Shown here one piece after another: positions 7,777 through 15,700 of a stretch of DNA of 64,000 bases. The notes beneath the pieces were generated by a model. The model worked only from the letters and a program-made list of their open reading frames with translations. It was not told where the DNA came from and made no database searches. The DNA is taken from positions 643,371 through 707,370 of the forward strand of contig CAVXKA010000002.1 in NCBI GenBank assembly GCA_963762255.1. The letters are read 5' to 3'. Origin of the DNA: Candidatus Eiseniibacteriota bacterium (GTDB lineage Bacteria > Eisenbacteria > RBG-16-71-46 > JABDJR01). Both the position numbers and the translations under genes were made by a program. How positions within the stretch are numbered: the first letter of the stretch is position 1; every line of letters begins with the position of its first letter.

Positions 7777-10230
7777 CTATTCGGAAGCCGGCCTCCGGGA
7801 CGTAACGTTGACAACAAAATCAGCGCCCTCCCAGCGGTCTGCGTCAGGCCAGTAGAACGTGAACCTCACTTGCTTCCCTGCCGGTAGCGCCCGTGTCGGC
7901 AGATCGGCGACATGGATGGCCAGTCCGGTATCGTGCGAGTCAGTATCACGGACCGTATTCCAGCCGTCGTTACTCCAGTGGATGACCGCGGGGGCGCATG
8001 TCTCGATGCGCAGCGTCTTACCGGCCGACATGAAACGAATCTTGTGGTTGAAGCGCCACACCGCGTGCGCCGATTCGATCTTGTCCACGAGATACCGCTG
8101 CACCGTCTGCGGGGGCATGTCGAAGACCCGACCATCCCGTAGTGAACGAAGCAACTTCAGGTACTCGGCATGCGCCCATACCAGCGGCATGGCGGAGCCG
8201 GATGGCCGCCCGAAGTACAGCTCCCGTTCCGCAATGTCCGGAGCGTCCCAAACCTGCTCTGGAAGCAACCCCTCCGCCCCGGCGAAAGACTCTAGAGCCG
8301 CCTGAAGCCGCTGGGCCTCTCCGACCCGGCCAGCAGCCAGTTCGAAGTGGGCCCGCTCGCCGGTCAAGAGCGGCCACACCCGACCGATCCCTGTGCCGTC
8401 AAAAGGCTCGCCATCCCTATGCTCGCCATAGCCGTCGCCGTTGTACCGGTGCCAGATCGGGCCCTGTGCGGTCTCGACCTTGAGCAGCGCGTCGATGACT
8501 TTGACCGTGTCGACCATGCGCGGATCATCGGCTGCGCGCAGACCAAAACGAACCAGAGCGAGGGCATCGGGGCTCACCAAGTGACTGGCAAAACTGCTGG
8601 CTCGCTCGAAGGCGACGTTCTTTACCGGAACGCTCTTCTGGAAGCGGGACGCTCCCTCTTCCGTCTCCACCGGAGCGATGCGGACGTAGTACCCCGCGAC
8701 TTCAAACTCCCGGCACCAATCGGTGCCGGTCACGTACATCCACCGATCGATGGATGCGTTCCAGGCGTCGGCGGTCTCACGCAGGTAGGTCGCGATCGAC
8801 GGCTCGTGGTGCACCTCGGCCAGATCGGCTGCGGCCAGGAGCGCTGAGATTTCGGCCGCGACCGTGAACGGCGAGTATCCGGGATCCTCCTCCCATCGGT
8901 CCTGCGGGCTGACCGGCCCGTTGTGGATCAAGTAGACCGCGGCTTGCCGGACCATCGGCCAGAACCTGGCCACGTCGTCCGCGTCCAGTGCGTTCTCGCG
9001 CCGAGCCGCATCCACGAGGAGAATCGGCAGAGCTGTCTCGTCCATCTGAATGCCGTTCCAGTAGGGGGAGCCATCCAGCCACATGTTCTGAGCCCAGTGT
9101 CCGTCAGCTTCTTGGGTCGCCTGCAGGTAGCAGAGGACGCGACGAACCTCCTCGTGGGCACCGGCAGCCAAGAACCCCCCCGCCGACTCCACCAGATCGC
9201 GCGGCCAGGTGAGGTGATAGCCGCCCAGGTCGTTGTCACCCTTGCTGAATCCCCACGGAATGGAAAGGCTGGCGATGATTCCACCGGGGAAGGTGGCCGC
9301 CTCGTGAGTGCGTAAGACGGCCGTGCTGACTCGGTAGAAATTGTGCCCGCCGGCCGGCCATTGCGTATCGAGCGGCAGCAGCGTCTCCTGCCATTTGCTC
9401 CACTCCTCGACATATGCCGATTGCGCGGCGTCGAAACCGTCCTGAAGGGCCGCGCGGGCTCGGTTACCCGCCTCGGCTGCGTTGCGCCCGAACCCCAGCG
9501 CCAGCAGAAACTCTCCGCCCCCCGCATTCAGGTCGATCTCCGCCGTCAGGGCAATGTTGCCGTTTTCGGCCCGTGTGTACTCCCACGTCATCCGCTTGTG
9601 AGACGACAGATCCTGCCAGCCGTCCGAGAACCCGACGAACCCCACGGAACGTTTGAGCCAGGGGAAGGAACACGCCAGGGCCAACGCGTTCCCGTCCCGT
9701 TCGGCGAACAACATCGGAATGCCCTTGTACTCGTCGATCCATCCGGTGTTGCCGGCTCCGTGATTGCCCAAGTGAGGGGCGAGCACTACATGGAGCCGAT
9801 AGTCCGAAATCCGTCCCCGCTGGGCAACGAACCGGGTCTGCTGCAATACGGCCTCTCGCCGAGGATCGGCCACGATCTTCTTTTCGATGCGGTAGCGCCC
9901 CTGAAGGCACGTGTTGACCTGAGAGAAGGCCGGCACGCCGTCGGCCAGCCAGTGCACTTCGCTCCTGGCATCCCGTTTCTCCTCGGAGAAGAAGTCCGCG
10001 CCGTTGGTGACGATCAGCCCCATGTCGCGTATGCACGCTTCGTCAATCCGGGGATGGTAAATCTCGTTGAAGATCCCGTGGCTCAGCGTGAACCAGACGC
10101 GGCTCTTGCTGTGGAGGGAAGTCCCTACCCCCGACTTGGCACTGGAGGTCCAGCGCGCCGGAATCCCCGGCCACCCCGGTGGGTGGCGTTCCGGTGTATC
10201 CATACCGTCTCCTGTCGCTGCTTCCTGCAT
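7777..10230 (-). CDS. Glucoamylase / glucodextranase (glycoside hydrolase family 15)
   Basis: Bacterial GH15 N-terminal signature (PPGWPGIPARWTSSAKSGVGTS...) and a long (alpha/alpha)6 catalytic region. The Arg-rich 68-aa N-terminal extension of the 885-aa ORF is probably not translated. Preferred start is the ATG at 10230 (alternative 10203 with a GGAG RBS). Confidence 0.85.
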   Translation of the reverse strand: MQEAATGDGMDTPERHPPGWPGIPARWTSSAKSGVGTSLHSKSRVWFTLSHGIFNEIYHPRIDEACIRDMGLIVTNGADFFSEEKRDARSEVHWLADGVPAFSQVNTCLQGRYRIEKKIVADPRREAVLQQTRFVAQRGRISDYRLHVVLAPHLGNHGAGNTGWIDEYKGIPMLFAERDGNALALACSFPWLKRSVGFVGFSDGWQDLSSHKRMTWEYTRAENGNIALTAEIDLNAGGGEFLLALGFGRNAAEAGNRARAALQDGFDAAQSAYVEEWSKWQETLLPLDTQWPAGGHNFYRVSTAVLRTHEAATFPGGIIASLSIPWGFSKGDNDLGGYHLTWPRDLVESAGGFLAAGAHEEVRRVLCYLQATQEADGHWAQNMWLDGSPYWNGIQMDETALPILLVDAARRENALDADDVARFWPMVRQAAVYLIHNGPVSPQDRWEEDPGYSPFTVAAEISALLAAADLAEVHHEPSIATYLRETADAWNASIDRWMYVTGTDWCREFEVAGYYVRIAPVETEEGASRFQKSVPVKNVAFERASSFASHLVSPDALALVRFGLRAADDPRMVDTVKVIDALLKVETAQGPIWHRYNGDGYGEHRDGEPFDGTGIGRVWPLLTGERAHFELAAGRVGEAQRLQAALESFAGAEGLLPEQVWDAPDIAERELYFGRPSGSAMPLVWAHAEYLKLLRSLRDGRVFDMPPQTVQRYLVDKIESAHAVWRFNHKIRFMSAGKTLRIETCAPAVIHWSNDGWNTVRDTDSHDTGLAIHVADLPTRALPAGKQVRFTFYWPDADRWEGADFVVNVTSRRPASE

Positions 10231-10247
10231 CAGCCTCTGGCGGGTCT

Positions 10248-11030
10248 TCAACCGCCGTGTGAAAAGTCCGGGTAGTCGGTCATTCCCCCGTCGACGAATA
10301 TCGTCCGGCCGGTCACGTAGGAGCCGATGTCCGATGCCAGCACCGCCACGATGCGGGCGACTTCCTGGGGATCGCCGATCCGGTTGAGCGGGATCTTCTC
10401 CAGCAAATCCCGCAGATTCTCCGGATCGCTCCAAACCGCGCGGTTGATCGGGGTCCTGATTGCCCCCGGCGCAACCGCCAGCACGCGAACCCCATGCGGC
10501 GCCGCCTCCTGCGCCAGGGTCTTGGTCAGCATGCTGACGGCAGCCTTACTGGCCGTGTAGGCGCTGTAGCCAGACCAAGCGATCTCTTCATGCACCGAAC
10601 TGATGTTCACGATGACGCCATGTTTCTGCGGCACCATTCGCTTCAGAGCTTCACGAGCACAATAGAAAGCGCCCAGCAGGTTCACCTCGATTACCTTGGT
10701 CCAGACGGCAATCTCGGCCTCCCACCCGAATGCGCGGCCACCGTCGATGCCGGCATTGTTGACCAGGATGTCGATCCCCCCCCAAGTCGATTCGAGGGTT
10801 CCGAACATGGATGCTACGGCCCCGGGGTTGGATACATCAGCTTGAATGGCCATGGCGACGCCGCCCTGCTCCTTGATCCGCTGCACAAGCGACTCCGCCG
10901 TTTCAGGATGGGTGATGTAGTTGATCGCTACTCGTGCACCGGCTTCGGCCAGACACAGTACGATCGACTCACCGATGCCGGAATTGCCGCCGGTAACGAG
11001 GGCCCGTTTGCGGTCAAGCGAGACGTTCAC
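10248..11030 (-). CDS. SDR-family oxidoreductase (glucose-1-dehydrogenase-like)
   Basis: TGGNSGIG cofactor motif, NNAG, and the YxxxK catalytic motif (YTASK). GTG start at 11030 overlaps the aquaporin stop (GTGA). The upstream part of the 533-aa listed ORF is non-coding overlap with the aquaporin gene. Confidence 0.8.
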   Translation of the reverse strand: MNVSLDRKRALVTGGNSGIGESIVLCLAEAGARVAINYITHPETAESLVQRIKEQGGVAMAIQADVSNPGAVASMFGTLESTWGGIDILVNNAGIDGGRAFGWEAEIAVWTKVIEVNLLGAFYCAREALKRMVPQKHGVIVNISSVHEEIAWSGYSAYTASKAAVSMLTKTLAQEAAPHGVRVLAVAPGAIRTPINRAVWSDPENLRDLLEKIPLNRIGDPQEVARIVAVLASDIGSYVTGRTIFVDGGMTDYPDFSHGG

Positions 11031-11839
11031 GGTGTTCCCCCCAGTCTTTGAGCACCATCTCTGCCCCTCCACCGAAATACACCGTACCGGTCGTGTCCGA
11101 AGTGGTAGAGCTTCGCGACCTCGATCGTGAACCACCGAAGACCGGTGAACCGATGCACGGCCGCACCGGCCAGAGTGCCCACGATTGGGCCTACCCAGTA
11201 GATCCACCATGCATGCCAGGTCTGGGAGATCACCGCCGGCCCGAAGCTTCGCGCCGGATTGGTGCTGGTCCCGGAAACGGGGGCTTCGATGTAGACCATG
11301 GCCGCATACAAGATGGGAAAGAGGGCCGGTGTGAACCGGCGCAATCGACGATGCCCCAAGAAGAAGAACAACCCGACGATGAGGCAGAACGTTGTTGTCG
11401 CCTCTCCCAGCAGCGCCCAGCCAGTCCCGTAATCCGCACCGGGCAAGGTGGCCCCGAAATCCACGCTGCGTCCCATGCGCCCCCAGGCTAGCAACGGCAA
11501 CGACCCCAATGCTGCGCCCGCAAGCTGTGAAAGTACATACCCCAAGGCATGACCTGTTCTCAGCTTGCCCATGAGCCAGAACCCCATGGTAACCACGGGA
11601 TTGATGTGCGCCCCGCTCTCTTTGCCGAGCGGGGAGAGTGCAATCAGGGCGCCCGTGGTACCGAAGAGGAACCCGGTGACCAGCCGCCGCCAGCCGGGAC
11701 TGGGAATGACGTGAATGACCGGGCTGCCCTCGCCGAAGGCCAGGATCACGAAGGACAACCCAACCGCGACAAGCAAGACCGTACCCATCAACTCCGCGCC
11801 GAACACTAGCCACGGAACAGATCGCTGAGTTGGAATCAT
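11027..11839 (-). CDS. MIP-family channel (aquaporin / aquaglyceroporin)
   Basis: Two half-helix motifs, NPV (SGAHINPVV) and NPA (NPARSFGPA), with six TM segments. Start chosen at MIPTQRS (11839); the ORF extends to 11875. Confidence 0.85.
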   Translation of the reverse strand: MIPTQRSVPWLVFGAELMGTVLLVAVGLSFVILAFGEGSPVIHVIPSPGWRRLVTGFLFGTTGALIALSPLGKESGAHINPVVTMGFWLMGKLRTGHALGYVLSQLAGAALGSLPLLAWGRMGRSVDFGATLPGADYGTGWALLGEATTTFCLIVGLFFFLGHRRLRRFTPALFPILYAAMVYIEAPVSGTSTNPARSFGPAVISQTWHAWWIYWVGPIVGTLAGAAVHRFTGLRWFTIEVAKLYHFGHDRYGVFRWRGRDGAQRLGGTP

Positions 11840-11876
11840 CGGCCCCCAAGCGGGCCGTTCGACGCCGACTCCCACC

Positions 11877-12455
11877 TCAGTTCGCGGGCACGTAATCCGT
11901 CAGATCGTAGGAGACGCCGGAATGCTCCAGAATCCTGATCGCGCCGACTTCGGGAGCTACAACGTAGGTCATGTCTAGAACGGCGTCGTCTGATATGTCA
12001 AAGAAAAACGTGTAGCAGTCGGTGTATGTGCCCGCAGGAACGGTCACCACATCCGTCTTGCTGATGAGGGTGACGGTGGGAGCCGGCACATCCGTACCTA
12101 CTGCGTATTCCCAGGACTCTCCGGCGTCCGCAGTGAAGTCAAAGAGTACTGACTCAAGCGCGCTTGTCTCGGATTTCCGAACGAGTAGACGGCCGCTGTC
12201 CATGCGGACCAGTGAGTGCGGGAACAAGGTTCCGCTGATTTGCGTGTATTCCTTTCCGTCCAGCGTCACCCGTGCAGCAACTGAATCCGATCGCCCCGCG
12301 GTGTACTCCCACAGCGTTCCAATGCCCAACGGATACATAACATCCAACGAATTAGGTTGGGTCACTTTCTTGTTACAGCCCACAAACATGAAACATGTGA
12401 GGAGAATAATGAGAAGCGGTCTCCCGCCACTTCCTAATGGCCTCGATGCGATCAT
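11877..12455 (-). CDS. Hypothetical lipoprotein
   Basis: Signal peptide with lipobox (LLTCFMFVGC). No recognisable domain. Ends 1 nt before the aquaporin ORF. Confidence 0.5.
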   Translation of the reverse strand: MIASRPLGSGGRPLLIILLTCFMFVGCNKKVTQPNSLDVMYPLGIGTLWEYTAGRSDSVAARVTLDGKEYTQISGTLFPHSLVRMDSGRLLVRKSETSALESVLFDFTADAGESWEYAVGTDVPAPTVTLISKTDVVTVPAGTYTDCYTFFFDISDDAVLDMTYVVAPEVGAIRILEHSGVSYDLTDYVPAN

Positions 12456-12799
12456 CTGGCTCTCCTTTGGGTATGCGTGTATTGAGTCCGTGGCGTCCCC
12501 GAGCTTTGTCGCTCCGATATCCATTCTAAGTCCGCGGGTCAGCATATTCCAGAGTAGGGCGCAGACGGGGTCGGGACGGACGACTCGGGGGATTAAGGCC
12601 GCCGATCAGATGCCGAGATCAACCCCGTCGTCGCGGACTCGTTGGACCACGTCGAAGATCTCCCTGACGAGAATCGGGGCGAGGCACTGTCCCCCGCGCC
12701 CCGTCACGTTGTTGTAGATTATGGGCTCGTTGTGACGGAGCCGACGGCCTCCGGGGTTCTTGTCCGACTCGCCCCGAGCCACTCAGATGGAGGAAGACG

Positions 12800-15700
12800 A
12801 TGCCGGGATTCACCCCAGGACGACGTTTCCAGCCGGCCTACCTAAGCTTCATACGCCGGCCGGCTGCTGAGCGCCTGCTCGCGCTCTTGGAACGTCAGAC
12901 CAAGGGCACGCTGTTCGGCTGCCGCATGTGCGGCAACTGCCTGCTGCAAGAGACCGCTTTCATCTGCCCGATGGAGTGTCCCAAGGGGCTGCGCAACGGA
13001 CCTTGCGGCGGCTCCACTCCGGAGGGTTGCTATGTGGATCCCGGGCGCCCCTGCATCTGGCACCACATCTTCGAGCGCGCCGACCGGATGGGGCGCACCG
13101 ACCGCCTGATGGAGGTCCTGCCGCCGCTCGACTGGGCGCGGGTGGGCCGGGAGACGTGGGGCGAGGTCATCGACGAGGTTCGCCGCCGTGGATTCGGCAA
13201 GGCCTTGGCCAGCTTCCTCGCGGGCCGCGAGCAGCGAGCCGCCTTCTGGGATCCCCTATTTCTCGGTATCCGCCAGCCCGACTGGTGGCAGGGGGACGAC
13301 GCACCGCACCCTGCGCTGGCACACGCGCCGGTGTCGCGACTCGAGGAGAAACTGGCGGCCGGCCGCTTAGTCGTCACCTCGGAGGTGGCCCCCCCACTCT
13401 CGGTGGCGCCCGAGGAGCTGACCGGCACCCTGCGCCTCCTGCGTGACTGGATCGACGCGGCCAACTTCACCGACAACCCGTCGGCAACCCCCAGAATGTC
13501 TTCGCTGGCTTGCTCGGTGCTGGCCCTGGCCCAGGGTGTGGAACCGGTGATGCAGGTGGCTGCGCGTGATCGCACCCGTATGGGACTGCAGGCTGAGATT
13601 CTGGGCGCTGCGGCGTTGGGCATCCGCAACGTTCTCTGCCTGACCGGGGATCATCCCGTCCTGGGTCCCTCGCCGCAAGGACGCATGGACATCTGGGACA
13701 TCGACTCCATCCAGATGCTCTGGATTCTGCGCCGCATGCGCGATGCGCGGCAGTACATGGACGGCCGGGCGATCAAGAATCCGCCCGCGCTGTTCCTCGG
13801 CGCCGCGGCCTCGCCATTTTCATCCACGCCGCGGACACAGGCCCTGCGGGAACTCAAGAAGGTTCACGCCGGCGCTCAGTTCTTCCAGAGCAACCTCATC
13901 TACGATGTCGAGGGTTTCGAGAGCTACGCGGAAGCGCTGGACAAGGCGGGTGTGCTCGGAAAGACGCCGTTCCTGGCCGGGATCACGCCAGTGCGCAGCG
14001 CGCGCGCGGCGCACGCCATGTCGAAGGTGCCCGGCGTGAAGATCCCACCGGCCCTCATCGAGCGCCTCGAGAAATCGCGCAACCCCCAGGAGGAGGGGGT
14101 GCAGATCGCCCTCGAGATCATCGACCGGGTCAAGCGCCTGCCGGGGATCAGCGGTTTCCACATCATGGCCGTGGGCTGGGAACTGATCGTGCCGCGGCTC
14201 GTCCGCGAATCGGGATTGAAGGAGCCGCCGGCGCCGACGGGCGACCCCGGCATCTCGATCCGCACACCCACCCGGGCGCCGCGTGCGTCGCGGCCCGCCG
14301 AGCGCCCGCCGGCGGAGCACACCGACCGCCGCTACCTGGACGCGTTGACCTCAAAGGTCCTGGTCTTCGACGGCGCCATGGGCACCGCCATCCAGATGTG
14401 CAACCTGACGGCTGCCGACTTCGGCGGCGAAAAGACGGCCGGCTGCAACGACTACCTGGTCCTCCAGAAGCCCGACGTCATCGAGGGGATCCACGCCTCC
14501 TACCTGGAGGCCGGCTGCGACGTGATCGAGACCTGCACCTTCCGCGCGAACCGGCAAACCATGGCGGAGTACGGGCTCGAGAACCGCATTCCGGAGATGA
14601 ACCGCGCGGCGGCGGTGCTGGCGCGCCGAGCGGCCGACTCCTTCTCTACCGCGGAGCGACCCCGCTTTGTGGCCGGCTCCATCGGCCCCACCGGCATGCT
14701 CCCCTCTTCCTCGGATCCCGAGCTGTCAGCCATCGCGTTCGAGGAGCTGGCCGACATCTTCTCCGAGCAGGCCGAGGCCCTGGTGGAAGGGGGCTGCGAT
14801 CTCCTCCTCATCGAAACCTCCCAGGACATGTTGGAGGTCAAGGCCGCCATCATGGGTGTGCAGGACGCTTTCGCCCGGACCGGCAAGAGAATCCCGCTTC
14901 AGGTCCAGGTCACCTTGGACGCCACGGGCCGGATGCTCCTCGGCACCGATGCGGCCGCTGTGCTTGCCACGCTGGAGCGAATGCCGGTGGACGTGCTGGG
15001 CATCAACTGCTCCACCGGGCCCGAGCACATGCGCGCACCGCTGGCCTATCTGGGCGAGAACTCCTCGAAGCCCGTCTCCTGCCTGCCCAACGCGGGTCTG
15101 CCTGAGAACGTCGATGGAGAGGCGGTCTATCCGCTCCAGCCGGACGGCTTCGCCGAGGAGATGGCGGACTATGTGGAGCGCTTTGGACTGAACGCGGTGG
15201 GCGGCTGCTGCGGCACAACCCCGGAACACATCCGCATGCTCGTCGAGCGACTGCACGGCCGAGAGCCCCGGCCTCGGACGGCCCGCCCGCTCTCACTCGT
15301 GTCATCAGGAATCACCGTGGCCGACCTGGTCCAGAACCCGCGTCCGATGCTCATCGGCGAGCGGTTGAACGCCCAGGGGAGCAAGAAGATGAAGGAGCTG
15401 CTGCTGGCCGAGGACTACGGCGGCATCGCAGCCGTGGCCCGGGAGCAGATCGACGGCGGCGCGCACACGCTGGACATCTGTGTGGCGATGACCGAGCGGC
15501 GGGACGAGAGCTACCTCATGTCCCGGGTGGTCCGGACGCTGAGCCAGACGGTGGAGGCGCCGCTGGTCATCGACACCACCGAAGCCGAAGTGCTAGAAGC
15601 CGCGCTGCAAGCGGCCCCCGGTCGCATCATCGTCAACGCGGTGAACATGGAGAACGGCCGCCATCGTGTGGACACCATGCTGCCGCTGATCCGCGACTAC

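Noticed and set aside
10231-10434. 68-codon N-terminal extension of the glucoamylase ORF (MERSGESAGFAGEDPAQPDRRSPGSRPHRGG...)
   Set aside because: Low-complexity and Arg-rich, overlaps the SDR gene 3-prime end, and the GH15 homology begins right after the internal ATG at 10230.
11031-11849. N-terminal 270 codons of the 533-aa ORF 10248..11849
   Set aside because: This stretch overlaps the aquaporin gene in another frame and has no SDR similarity. The SDR begins at GTG 11030.
12546-12799. Possible SAM-I or cobalamin riboswitch upstream of the metH fusion
   Set aside because: Conserved SAM-I core elements were not found by eye, and a B12 riboswitch is not expected on a B12-dependent metH. Kept only as a low-interest item to be checked with cmsearch.
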